A DNA stretch of 64,000 bases from Pirellulales bacterium (GCA_963733035.1 CAVTBU010000005.1:1600001-1664000); one strand, 5' to 3'. Positions 35,001-41,861 are shown, numbered from the stretch's first letter. A program made the numbers and translations. The notes: generated by a model from the sequence alone, not told the origin.

Positions 35001-35747
35001 GCCTTGAATATGCAACAGCGCCGCAAGGGTACCGTCGAGCTGCAAACCGCTCAAACCGCCGGCGCCCATCGGCGTGGCCACTGTCAGTGCCAGATCCTGA
35101 TTGGGGAATTGGGCGAGACTCGCCGACTGCAGAGCCAGTGTGCCGCTGCCGTCGAAGGTGAACTTCAGTTCATAGTCCAGGTCCAGATTCAGATCGATCG
35201 AGCCAGTCTGCTGCAACGTAAAGTAATCGCCCAACCCAATTGCAAACTGCGGATGCAGTGTGGAGAGCAAGCCAGACTGTTGCAGCAGGATTTCAAACTG
35301 CCAACTGCCGTCAGCATTTTTTTGCACCAGGACGTCCTTGCCGCCTCCTGGGATATAGTCGCCGACAAACGACTGGCTGAGCAGTGCCTGTCGAACGGCG
35401 TCTTCGGCACCGGGATCGGATGCCGGCAGTCCGATGGATTGAAAGACGTCGGCCAAGCTGCTTCCCGTGTCGCTGACAATTTGAGCGACGTTGCCGATTT
35501 GCTGCCCAACCACAGGCATCAGCGGCGCCAGATTCAGCGAGTCGGCAATCTGCGATTCGACGTCGGTCAGTTTGTTGCGCAAGGACGACGCCAGGTTGCC
35601 GAAGTCGATGTCGCCAGCCAACATACGCCGACTTTCGAGTATTTCGACCAGGGAACGCCGCCAGCGCGGATCGCGTGTGCCTAGACGGAGGGAGCGGGTC
35701 AGCTGTCGAGGGCGACGTCGAGGGGCCTTCCCGCCAGAGCGCTTCAT
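23049..35747 (-). CDS. Giant (~4230 aa) secreted adhesin-like protein: planctomycete extracellular signal, Gly/Asp Ca-binding-like repeats, 5 He_PIG Ig domains, choice-of-anchor-U-like domain, Ig-like repeats, dockerin-like C-terminus
   Basis: Arg-rich N-terminus with LESRRMLAG; GGSGND/GAGGDD; five GLPxGLxIDxxTG-like units; LHLVDGGRGDDD; GDVDGNGLVD, DLNGDG, GDANLD, GDFNGDGFVD loops. Confidence 0.9.
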   Translation of the reverse strand: MKRSGGKAPRRRPRQLTRSLRLGTRDPRWRRSLVEILESRRMLAGDIDFGNLASSLRNKLTDVESQIADSLNLAPLMPVVGQQIGNVAQIVSDTGSSLADVFQSIGLPASDPGAEDAVRQALLSQSFVGDYIPGGGKDVLVQKNADGSWQFEILLQQSGLLSTLHPQFAIGLGDYFTLQQTGSIDLNLDLDYELKFTFDGSGTLALQSASLAQFPNQDLALTVATPMGAGGLSGLQLDGTLAALLHIQGSLSADSFFSSTLLADVNPNLQTSASFSADSHIGVAGMSLDFGPVGLPFNPRITGGFHFDWHLDNQLLAAGLSADSFGVLSNVQFDALVFQADSLFGDGGFVRTVVEDVQAFTKPIQPIVDFALTNIPGLSDLGVDFSVADLLEQVSPGSRDFLELINYVNTLDVDQLNSGDIPITDAFTLDANGLRQAGKTQWDGNGAPLVHPALGTYSQLDFPLLEDPAGTVFQMLTGHDNVTLFQFQVGLNVPLDLPPIPLFGIPPFAGLFLHPSAAFNLSFGFGYDTSGLRAAVNDPDHVFEHVLDGFYIDNTKSVVQDQKGNNYDHYATSIDVMGGLDLEARAAILLVSGGLHADVNLHLDPNLNDAQQRVRLSALEQQIEHGDNPFSAGGSLYITADLSVIIPTFWGDITLAHVNLGHLNIVDFGGTENGPPTSDGHTIYVHKSATNEKIYVRMTQFSAPDPEDPKAYTKAILVEYPDHKEVFPVAHYFHDPVLGDLIAHIADYDLIATDRAYHFDNSFPPQLVQDEEVGDQTIIVDDLTWEGQDFPVNAVLIGGSGNDALEYQGAGRAILIGAGGDDILQSTNPNAASVTAFGDRIDVGQTGYIDYSGLPPEVVGLINAQVSQAGEPLMHGPHGDFLSAADAHDILIGGIGTNLLEGGSSTTFIGGPTINEYKVALKYSTDNPEQGHVLTNGGTRNTVLFERTDVPNNDDDSLVLRPFGTNLLVTGKRTNIVVDHSQLLGLNLNGGTLDIGDLSSLGNVQIVGNLAPTRVSPTHVVMDTPTTPVPDTMFVNRHLFTLVDANGVPILNDQGESTTYYDLDVLQGAYGNQPGANLELVGLDPDEDLLLKLHGGQVQVNNLSGVGIGRVTVDGTVRPVDSTNVNIVGIEVHNGNDNFYPDTDGGVTIRMEDAAPPYRVQILGNRLQDTTTFSQTVAFVNGNDPVAGKLLTFDASTLLGALEIHAQEDMVLSATNNQLTTSLFEDPVRHVTIGDGRLARIHGNVSVSHGHLTINNALENGPAIYPGDVINPYPGQNLLWLNPTTFYGWAVPGLAQLPTLTYDVLDGALSVQLGEGDRISLDGTPSGVTSSAVSNSWLETRDAIFSPNWSVPLDIYNNFGVYLGRRLDPITGAEERVKHLISLAIPVHVYHAGTPLAEVILDGDLDPPDAQYVIDGMGNLHVLNQTVGLDLTVDGYRAEDQIYIYLPGGSVDANLRKTGPGIFYVDGKARLAGTNPSAPNDISALVRAGDISLDPIGTNDSVLHAYNTLYVLGSIPEDSLSVTAPTLFKVAPTQQGDAQIELGAFGFVADPPKPYEPYAGSFGTYYANPAPTDFFAVLSTEFVPTTGHGEPPILVGNGLTGVDFIDNVGLTYSAFVVPPGGTPVYLGSEYAKTATVRIFPSNPNPTTTDNNVNLDASQLRGDLAFNVEEPDYATAKALMDAFGSLHTGAIATFGQTSVNLTKVNPELAVTVTGTPPIFSSDLAHLLAAGSVVHHAGTSMTVGTGRLADIQGDVNAYLVWLKDIDDRQGTSPDNLTLTSRTLSGWSTDAGTHPTMTFDLLEGDFTISASPLDQFDVEGTPNTAPTTTIRNFVDTGTPSGVYVMGKSVMPLYVTGNFALYVGRRLNSDGSIDVVGHVADVFDSQDRYEQTGGLITDYSNVGWILRDLALQPAFTQVVVPPLTLIHYVNSYETQKPLPVFLDFTGHGQATLVFDTSDETTSDQNLGSTIDGIWSNPNFPGMGDLRYLASGDVLYGANTEVYFYGPVEIGNPMALSKPGPTVLINNPLSSPVHYISNPNNRYGVEEILIGSAQGPIDVQGNGLGTRVEINPLFSFPIQPGSSSVLPGWGDDSVGAYSLLDTIQADVSVSQASLRVIADIPLPTGIQDHTDVTPDVELTATQLTGIAAAPIHFFDLIDAPSTANSGNFRTTLDLEVTQLPGLSIQLPSHVAVATTVSNTPAGATTVISTLLSDSDTSFTAGPVVVAGTTGPLVLGQLFSALLTGGVQFNWSTATGQPTGHLSWDDGWSVPQLTLGSAGSVQGLDGPVLLAGDSHLNSATVTTIDGSAESSRQQVSFTAHTYSAAPYSIVTSTHNEYYSALAFYKELNNFAPAPIYFSTFYNRAHNLSVRGSAMSSYDVAAAPPTMNLYAGAASTVANSSAPINIIGAWNVALMPTQYAAIPGLSGAPQINISEDPSQPHAIELSVDKTPVGTPFPTTPAGTLYLDPIQNDQLSLRLQSGSTVYWDVRYAGDNTHVAINFGPIVVSDTGMAGTVLGAGTQQIDVYGTSGPLQINPGGQPTGTQRTEIVNLGQAGNMQAIRGAVDIYSNDPTKGYIGLTLDNSSDTVGRNIDLQANGNGNALVSGMAPGPITLIGTRFSTSFRGGAGGNVFHVMSLPNGFYYSIRGAGLADTLIGPDQPNTWNIYQDTSASNLDGTAVSYQSIGNLQGGADADTFSFVNGFYNAGVVHGNVDGGAGIDSLYYGSSTFWHNVPFDLANGVAPRIEGLTSNVEIVPIDWIGPGSQTRQVGANIAPLQIQILGGLGTFTFAATGLPTGLSIDTQTGVISGSMAEAAANASPYQISVSVTDGYNATSGSFALTVLPGIVVVDPGPQSATAGSAATLAIQSTSIYGQPLTYSATGLPAGLSIDPQSGLISGTISVDAAGGSPYTVEVSASDGARSGSASFVWSVLPSFSLVNPGNQLTPEGVPISLAMQVLNPNNQTLSFSAAGLPSYLYIDQNTGVIGGSIYFYHAYYGYDPTFSVTVYATDGASTVSTSFNWTTEPGFGVYVPGDQSSFVGDTVYAYAGVSNNPYGHSFTYAADGLPPGLTFDPGSHSINGTIDAYADANSPYHATVTVTDQTINFVYPISFQWSVAPTIILDTPADQATPVGTAVDLPITLQRDLGLPITFSASGLPLGLDIDPATGHIVGTVAPQSSLPGQFYVTIHADDGLHASDRTFEWTVTASASNVLQLADTIHGGYVTLESRAGTTLSASLSSPGYYDSAAVLDFALGQIQFQIEGLTPGEATELSITPPAGRDWTDYREYGTTPAHPDNYDWYNFLYQHQTDDNDASTTGAEFLPNGQIILHLVDGGRGDDDLATDGVIQAGSGGGPTQTELAVHIAGAPSGGWPIDAPVTLTAQLDGALAPGASFNWQVSTYTSAYQYIVVATGNQSTITFMPGPTGVGYFNVSLTATSADGQVSANDYLDLPEPTATVTNTPLSQIKVSGFASDVTAGQMVSGGLAAEDGSGNLIADSADAVTAELVDNQGNVVFSVLGNFAAGAFTLPAHVLNNPGTSPITDMLTVTSGAVSTQLPIVVHPITRFGGTADTPTVADVGQPFDVTLQAEDDRGVFAPGYTGAVELSYVDTSGTSHVLGGGTQTAIDGRVTFTNVVLPSLGNYALLARSTDGHLNGQFLVTVPVASRFEATAASPTVVYVGQTFDFGIRALDADGQPLPDYTGLIALSTSRPIATSADTAAVITPVDLGQHTFQGLSFDSAGDQTLTIRDGVVETNFPLGVLAVNFSFQTIPQNIQSGVPFDLTVTARNDQGGVLTSYLGSVSVAAVNEDTGEYFNLSNGAINVLASDAGVLTFQGLMLPVAGHYSLFIYDNWNQSAYEFEVTSPPVGDVDGNGLVDAQDIDYLFFLVGNHNPAADLNGDGLSDHGDVDYLVHTILGTEYGDANLDRHVDAADLATVRTSTGGNFGGPNWVAGDFNGDGFVDAADLATVRKYIGFSAPVGEPSLGSAEPDDPGLLVAAPIVAVSDPVFDASVGGTGFPSDDTNAMDADTSIPASAVAQPGSMTRDNARDDSVGQPDEEPSRGVVSPGYQPTLAENAMPVLTTVRMLFNTAFPDNATTTSPLEKHSSAIRAKLVAEPASDGSTRVDATPPLANPESFWIGSNSLQTIRPVALSTSIPPGDPTILSAAPRRAPLHIWDRVIALSMDSLLDDTTEVCNDAVLETLSTSRWSSAAKTGILAKAPDFRHRNEPEPAVHTGPNKYHAEK

Positions 35748-35907
35748 GGTTGCAGCCCCATTTCCTAGTGACCGTCGCTCTGCTGGCAGACCAGCCAAGT
35801 CGCGCGGTGATGCCGGGTCGTTTTGATCGCCTTACCGTGGCTCTTGCGAACAGCTACAGCCTATCGCGGCACTTCGCGCGCATCGCGATACCACCCACTG
35901 CCCAAAG

Positions 35908-35934
35908 AATTGCCGTGGGCACAAGCCGCGGACA
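35908..35934 (-). promoter_or_regulatory. Candidate ECF promoter, copy 1 (upstream of the giant gene)
   Basis: Minus strand TGTCCGC-GGCTTGTGCCC-ACGGCAATT. Confidence 0.7.
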
Positions 35935-35985
35935 AGAAATTACGGGAATTCCGAAGAAGTGGCTGTACGCGAGAACGTTTTGCTC

Positions 35986-37239
35986 CTAGGCCAACGTCCG
36001 GGAGATCCGCAGCCGTGCGCGCCGCGAACACCCGCACACAACAGCGACACCAAGAACAAGCAATCCCATCGTGGAGGGTTCAGGAACAACGGACACGCCC
36101 AATTCAAAGGGCGAGAAGTTGTCGGTGGTGTAGCTGATTGTGTGATCCGCCGTATTCACAACGCCGCCGAATTGCCACTCGCCAACGAACGTGTTGTAGT
36201 GCCAGATTCCTAGTTGCGACTCATCGATGCCGCCGGGCAGCAGCAGAGGGTCATAGTGGAACGTCAAAGTCACGCTGGTGCCGTTCAGGTCGCCGCTGTA
36301 TTGCACGTCCCAGATTTGCGGCGCCACGGAGAAGTCTTGAGCCGAAAGCGCGAACAGAGGATTTGCACTGCCTGCTGCCAGCGCATCGTTGGCAAGTCCG
36401 GCTGCGGGAATCTGTTGCGCGCTGAACTCGCCGGCTCCAGCGAACTCGTTGAAGGTCGCGCTCACGCCGCCGGTCTGCGTTGCTCCGCCGAGGACATCGA
36501 TGTCGGTGAAGAAGAACGGATCGATCACCGCGACGTTGTCGGCACCAAACTGTGCGGTGGCTACGATCGCGCCGTCATAGTTCAAGGTCTGCCCCTCGGT
36601 CGTGATGCCGGGCCCGAACACCGTCGATGTGTACGCGTAGTGCAGATTCATCACGAGCCGCCACGAGCCCGGCGCGACTTGCGTAAGGGAGGACGTGCCG
36701 CTATCGAGGTAGTCGCCGATGCCCGCGGCAGAGAACGTTCGACTACCCAGGTTGGCGTTTTCGACGTCTTCGCTGCCGGAAAGCGTCGCGAAATGCACGC
36801 CGCTCGAGGCGAACTCTCCTGCCGCGTTCACGGGTACCGACCCGGAGGACCAGTCCCAACTCAAATCGCGCAAAGCGCTGGTGGACGTGCCGGCCGCGTT
36901 ACGCATGGCGAAATTCGCTGGCAGGTTCAAGGGTTGAAAGCTGGCCCCGCCGCCCGTCGGCTCGTAGGCCGACGAACCGTGACCCGCGAAGAACTGAATC
37001 GAGCCAGGAGTCGCCGAGCTGGCATCGAAGTCGACCAGGAAGTGGCCATCGACGGTCGTCGTATCGCTCCCGGGCGCCTGTGGAACGGCCTGGCCGTAAA
37101 GCGTGTCCTGACCGCTCAGCACGACACTCGACTGGGCGGGATCGACCGTCATAATGATGTGACTTGCCAACGCCGGCTGGACGAAACTCGGCATTGCGGC
37201 AACAAGGGCCCAAACGAGCCATTTTACAGTGTGTTTCAT
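35986..37239 (-). CDS. PEP-CTERM sorted surface protein
   Basis: AAGGAA RBS, signal peptide, C-terminal VPEPS + TM + RRAR. Confidence 0.9.
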   Translation of the reverse strand: MKHTVKWLVWALVAAMPSFVQPALASHIIMTVDPAQSSVVLSGQDTLYGQAVPQAPGSDTTTVDGHFLVDFDASSATPGSIQFFAGHGSSAYEPTGGGASFQPLNLPANFAMRNAAGTSTSALRDLSWDWSSGSVPVNAAGEFASSGVHFATLSGSEDVENANLGSRTFSAAGIGDYLDSGTSSLTQVAPGSWRLVMNLHYAYTSTVFGPGITTEGQTLNYDGAIVATAQFGADNVAVIDPFFFTDIDVLGGATQTGGVSATFNEFAGAGEFSAQQIPAAGLANDALAAGSANPLFALSAQDFSVAPQIWDVQYSGDLNGTSVTLTFHYDPLLLPGGIDESQLGIWHYNTFVGEWQFGGVVNTADHTISYTTDNFSPFELGVSVVPEPSTMGLLVLGVAVVCGCSRRARLRISRTLA

Positions 37240-37417
37240 TAGGCAGTTCCTTTGTCAAAGCGGTGGTGGAACGCGTCCTAGGCCCCGTTTCGCGCTCCGG
37301 CTCGAAACCAACCGTTCGGCTTGGTCCTGTCGGTGCTGCAACGATCCAAGCGGCACCCCTGGTCGCTTGCCGCCCGGCCGGTCCAATGCGCGAAACCACT
37401 GGCCCTCAACAGACTAC

Positions 37418-37444
37418 AATTGCCGTCACGGCCGCAGGCGGACA
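37418..37444 (-). promoter_or_regulatory. Candidate ECF promoter, copy 2 (upstream of the PEP-CTERM gene)
   Basis: Minus strand TGTCCGC-CTGCGGCCGTG-ACGGCAATT. Confidence 0.7.
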
Positions 37445-37698
37445 GATTCTTTGGAGAAATGTTTTGGAATCTCGGGTTCGCACATTGTGTCTGAGTTATT
37501 TAGTGCCTGGGTTTTTGCGCATGCTTGACGGTCGTCCCCGGTTGCGAATGACGTCCAACGGGGAGGCAAATCCTCAGAGACGCGGCTGGCACCTGTGGCT
37601 GTCGGCCGGACGGGGATCAGCTATTGCCGATAAAATTCGCAAGTGGCAAGTCGCGGAAGTAGAATGCAACCACGAGGTTCTATGGGACAACATCGGCA

Positions 37699-38289
37699 AT
37701 GCCTACGACAAATGACTTCTGCGAATTGATTGCACGTGTCCGTTGCGGCGATCCCGACGCGGCTTGCGACATCGTCCGCCGGTACGAGACGTCGGTTCGC
37801 GTTGCCGTGAGGACGCGACTATCGGATCCACGATTGCGCCGTCATTTCGATTCGATGGACGTTTGTCAATCCGTGCTTGCCAGCTTCTTTCTGCGTGCTG
37901 CAAGCGGCGCATTCGACCTGCACGATCCTCGCCAGCTCGTAGCCTTGCTGACCAAGATGGCCGAGAAGAAAGTGGCGATGCGCGCTCGGGCGCACCATCG
38001 CCAGCGCCGCGATATCCGGCGCACGAACGAGAAGACGAATCAATGCTCCACGATCCCGTCGTCGGCACCGGATGCCGTGCGACATGCGATTGGCAAAGAG
38101 CTTTTGGGCCAGGCGCTCAATATGATGACGAACGAAGAGCGCGCGATCGTCGAGCGACGCCTACTCGGAGAGAGCTGGTCGGAAATCGCGGCGGCCTTGG
38201 GCGGCTCGGCGGAAGCTCGCCGCAAACAATACGAGCGAGTGGTCGAAGTGATCGCGGACAGCTTGGATCTTGAATGTATCGAGGGGTAG
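37699..38289 (+). CDS. ECF sigma factor, kinase-associated planctomycete type
   Basis: Region 2 (LIARVRCGDPDAA..DSMDVCQSV) and region 4 (ERAIVERRLLGESWSEIAAALG..ARRKQYER). Confidence 0.92.
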   Translation: MPTTNDFCELIARVRCGDPDAACDIVRRYETSVRVAVRTRLSDPRLRRHFDSMDVCQSVLASFFLRAASGAFDLHDPRQLVALLTKMAEKKVAMRARAHHRQRRDIRRTNEKTNQCSTIPSSAPDAVRHAIGKELLGQALNMMTNEERAIVERRLLGESWSEIAAALGGSAEARRKQYERVVEVIADSLDLECIEG

Positions 38290-38295
38290 AGCGTC

Positions 38296-41200
38296 GTGGC
38301 AACCTTCCGCGAATCGCACTCCACCGACATCGATTCCATTGACGCGGCGATCGCAGCCGTCCGGCATTTTTCCCGCCCGCATTGGCTCGATCTGGTGCGC
38401 CGCGACCAATGCGACCGCTGGCGAAGCGGCCAAGGTGTCTGGGCGGAAACCTATTTCGAATCTCTGCCCGAGTTGCGCGCCGTTTCTGAAGACGCATTGG
38501 TTCTGATTTGCGGAGAAGTGCACCTCCGCCGAGAGATTGGCGATGCTCCGGCGCTCGCCGAATACGAGCGACGCTTCCCGGAGCTTGCCGACGAGATTTC
38601 TGTACAGTTCGATCTCGACTGCGTGCTGGCCGACGGATCGTCACTCTCGCCCCAACGCCACGACCGTATTGAACCTTGGAATTTCGAACTACCGGGCTTC
38701 GAGATCGTCAATGAGCTCGGCCGAGGAGGTTCCGGCGTCGTCTATCTCGCGCGCCAGCTTTCGATTGATCGCTCGGTGGCGATCAAGGTAAGTTCGCTGT
38801 TGGCCATCAATCCGGGGCAACTGTGTCGGCAACGTCAAGAAGCGACGATTCTATCGCGAATTCAGCATCCGAACGTTGTGCAAATCTATGACTTAGTAGA
38901 GCACGGGGGGATCCTGTGCGCCATCATCGAGTACGTCGATGGCTCGACGCTGGACGAATATACTGGTGGCAAACCACTACCGGCACTAAAGGCGGCGCGC
39001 CTGGTCCGCGTCTTGGCCGAAGCCGTGCATTTCGTGCACGAGGCCGGCGTACTGCACCGGGACATCAAGCCTTCGAACATCTTGATGACCTTGCAGGGAC
39101 AGCCAAAGATCACCGACTTCGGGTTGGCGAAGTTCGTGGAAGGTCAGCCAAGCCTGACCGAAGCGGGCCAGGTCATCGGCACACCCAGTTTCATGCCGCC
39201 GGAACAGGCGGTCGGCACGTTGGATGATGTTGGCCGCCCGTCCGACGTGTATTCCCTTGGGGCAGTCCTCTATGCGATGCTCACTGGCCGTCCACCGTTC
39301 CAGGCTGCGGCGACACTCGACACTTTAAGACAAGTATTGGAGCAGGATCCCATTCCACCGCGCCACTTGGATTCGTCCCTGCCCCAGGATCTCGAAACGA
39401 TCGCAATGAAGTGTCTGGAGAAGAGCCCCGCCAGGAGATATCAATCGGCGCAAGCGCTGGCCGACGATCTGCGGCGTTTCGAACTGGGCGAACCCGTTCT
39501 AGCGCATCCCGTGTCACCTCGGGAGCGAGCGTGGCGTTGGGCCAAACGAAATCGGCTCACGGCTGGGCTCAGTAGCGCGGTGCTGTTCTTGTTGATTACC
39601 GTCACGATCACTGCCGTCGTCGCAGCATTCGCGATCGACTCGCTGCGCCAGGAGGCGGTGTTCCAAAAAGAACGCGCCATTGCCAACCTCCAGGAAGCGC
39701 GCAGCGAGCGGGCCCGCGCCGAGCAAAACCTGGACTACGGTCGCCAGGCGGTCAACCAACTTGCCGAGAGCTACGCCTTGTTGGGCAACCAGCAGCCGGG
39801 ACTCGATCAGCGACTGCAATGGTATGAACAGGCACACTCGCTGCTAGAGGATTTGGCGCGCGAGAGTCCTGCAAATCTCAAATTCCTCACTCAACTCGCC
39901 GCCAGCTATGGGCGACTGGGACTCTTGCACGCCCAATCACGGCACAGTTCGCAGGCTCGTGACGCGCTGCATCAGGCCGTCGACATTCTCGAAAAGATAT
40001 GCGAGGAGTTTCCCCAAGTGCAAGAATATCAGCGCGATGTTGCGCAGACTTACAATCTGTTGGGCAAGCAGTATCGAATGGATAACGAGTACGAGGCCGC
40101 ACAGAACATGCTCGCCCGGGCGTGCAACGCCCAAGAACGACTGCTGTCCATTTCAAAAACACCCGTCGTCGAATGGCAGCGCGATCTCGGGGTCTTCTAT
40201 TCCGATTTGGGTCACGCGCAATGCGATGCGGGAAACACGTCAGGAGGAAGGAAATCGTACGATAAAGCCCGAGTCATCTTAGAACCGCTCGCGGCCGCTC
40301 ATATGGATGATGCAGTACTGCAGGAAACGTTGGCGGATTTCTACTGCACGATTGGCACATCCGAAGCCTCGGATGATCCGCAGTTGCTGCTGTCGCGGGC
40401 GACAAGCATTCTCGAATCGCTCATTACGGCCCATCCGGATCGCCCGCGCTACCGAGCGGATTTGGCGCGAGTGCTCACTCGGTCGCTATTCATGCAAGAC
40501 GACTTCGAAAAGGCTCTTGCCATGCAGAATGAGCGACGCGCGCTGTGGCAGCAACTTAGCCGTGAGCAACCGGACGATGCCGAGATTCGATACTCGCTGG
40601 CGTGGTGTTTGTTCGATGACGCCCGATTGTTGCGAGGGGAAGGGCAATCACGAGAGGCGCTTTCCGCGCTCGATCGAGCCGTCACGATTGTGGACTACTC
40701 CGATGATATCGAACTCAACGATCGAGATTCGGAATTCGTGGCGCGACTATTGGCAGACCGCGCGCGGCTGCAACTACAGCTTGGCGACGTGAGCGCCTAT
40801 CGACAGACCTGTCGCGCACTGGTCGAACAATGCCGCCGACGGAACTGCGTTGCGTTCGGACCGCTGCGTGTTTGTCTGCTAATGTCCGATGCAACGGATG
40901 ACCCGGCTGAGCTCGTAGCGCTGTCGAAAGACGCAGTGACGCGGGGGTCAACTTCCCTGAGAAAACGCGCAAATGTGGGCGGCGCGTTGTACCGGGCCGG
41001 TCAATATGAAGAAGCAATTGAAGTATTGCGTGCGGTCGAGCAGTCTAACCGTATAGCTCTACTCGCTCGACTCGGAACAGCTGAAGTTGTGAAGGCGGAC
41101 AATGCTCGTGTGGAATTGTTTCTAGCAATGGCCAATGCCCAGTTGCAACGAATCGACGAGGCATGTCTGTGGCTAAAGAAAGCTCTCACGTGGATCGATG

Positions 41201-41445
41201 GGAAGGGGACAAGTTTTGCGCCGTCAGCACACCACGTTTACGAGGAACGAACGGAAACAGCCGGCGATGTCCATAGCAAGCAATCCGGGGATGAAGACAA
41301 CCTTGTGGAAATCACGTCTGGGGTACTTAGGAACCGTCCTGGCCAACTTGAACTCGCCGATCGTATGTTCTTGGCAGACATTCTTTGTGAGCTCCAGATG
41401 CTTCGCGACGAAGCCGAGCAAATGATTGATCGCGCATCTCATTGA
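38296..41445 (+). CDS. Hanks-type Ser/Thr protein kinase with one TM helix and TPR repeats
   Basis: LGRGGSGVVY, VAIK, HRDIKPSN, DFG, GTPSFMPPEQ, DVYSLG; then TM and TPR helices. Confidence 0.95.
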   Translation: MATFRESHSTDIDSIDAAIAAVRHFSRPHWLDLVRRDQCDRWRSGQGVWAETYFESLPELRAVSEDALVLICGEVHLRREIGDAPALAEYERRFPELADEISVQFDLDCVLADGSSLSPQRHDRIEPWNFELPGFEIVNELGRGGSGVVYLARQLSIDRSVAIKVSSLLAINPGQLCRQRQEATILSRIQHPNVVQIYDLVEHGGILCAIIEYVDGSTLDEYTGGKPLPALKAARLVRVLAEAVHFVHEAGVLHRDIKPSNILMTLQGQPKITDFGLAKFVEGQPSLTEAGQVIGTPSFMPPEQAVGTLDDVGRPSDVYSLGAVLYAMLTGRPPFQAAATLDTLRQVLEQDPIPPRHLDSSLPQDLETIAMKCLEKSPARRYQSAQALADDLRRFELGEPVLAHPVSPRERAWRWAKRNRLTAGLSSAVLFLLITVTITAVVAAFAIDSLRQEAVFQKERAIANLQEARSERARAEQNLDYGRQAVNQLAESYALLGNQQPGLDQRLQWYEQAHSLLEDLARESPANLKFLTQLAASYGRLGLLHAQSRHSSQARDALHQAVDILEKICEEFPQVQEYQRDVAQTYNLLGKQYRMDNEYEAAQNMLARACNAQERLLSISKTPVVEWQRDLGVFYSDLGHAQCDAGNTSGGRKSYDKARVILEPLAAAHMDDAVLQETLADFYCTIGTSEASDDPQLLLSRATSILESLITAHPDRPRYRADLARVLTRSLFMQDDFEKALAMQNERRALWQQLSREQPDDAEIRYSLAWCLFDDARLLRGEGQSREALSALDRAVTIVDYSDDIELNDRDSEFVARLLADRARLQLQLGDVSAYRQTCRALVEQCRRRNCVAFGPLRVCLLMSDATDDPAELVALSKDAVTRGSTSLRKRANVGGALYRAGQYEEAIEVLRAVEQSNRIALLARLGTAEVVKADNARVELFLAMANAQLQRIDEACLWLKKALTWIDGKGTSFAPSAHHVYEERTETAGDVHSKQSGDEDNLVEITSGVLRNRPGQLELADRMFLADILCELQMLRDEAEQMIDRASH

Positions 41446-41730
41446 CGGGCCGTGTAATAATTCGGCACGGGCTCTGGTCCGATACTTCCTTCTTCTTTTG
41501 CGGCTTCTGCAGCAGTTCATGATGACTCGATCGGCATGAAGTTCGGGCTGGCGTGCAACGCATCGGATCAACTACCTAATGGATCGATTTTGGGGACAGA
41601 ATGGGGATAAAAAGTGCCATCTAAAGCCCACTCGTCCAAAATTCAAATCGCTGTGATTCTCATTCCAGAGGCTTGGGACCAACACAATTGCGACGCAAAT
41701 CGTTTGCCATCGCCATGCAGGTGCTTTACC

Positions 41731-41782
41731 TTGAGGGCCTAGTGGTAGTAATACCGTGCAGGTTCAAGTCCTGTTTCCCGCA
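41731..41782 (+). repeat. Displaced 3' part of tRNA-Leu (att site)
   Basis: TTGAGGGCCTAGT-GGTAGTAATACC-GTGCAGGTTCAAGTCCTGTTTCCCGCA; no 5' half upstream. Confidence 0.92.
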
Positions 41783-41861
41783 CTCTTCACGTAGGTCACG
41801 CCGAAATCGCAACGTCGATTACCTGCCGGCGAACTGGCAGTGCCGCCCGTTGAATCCGAGC

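Noticed and set aside
41731..41782. Second functional tRNA-Leu
   Set aside because: Lacks the acceptor 5' strand, D-arm and 5' anticodon stem
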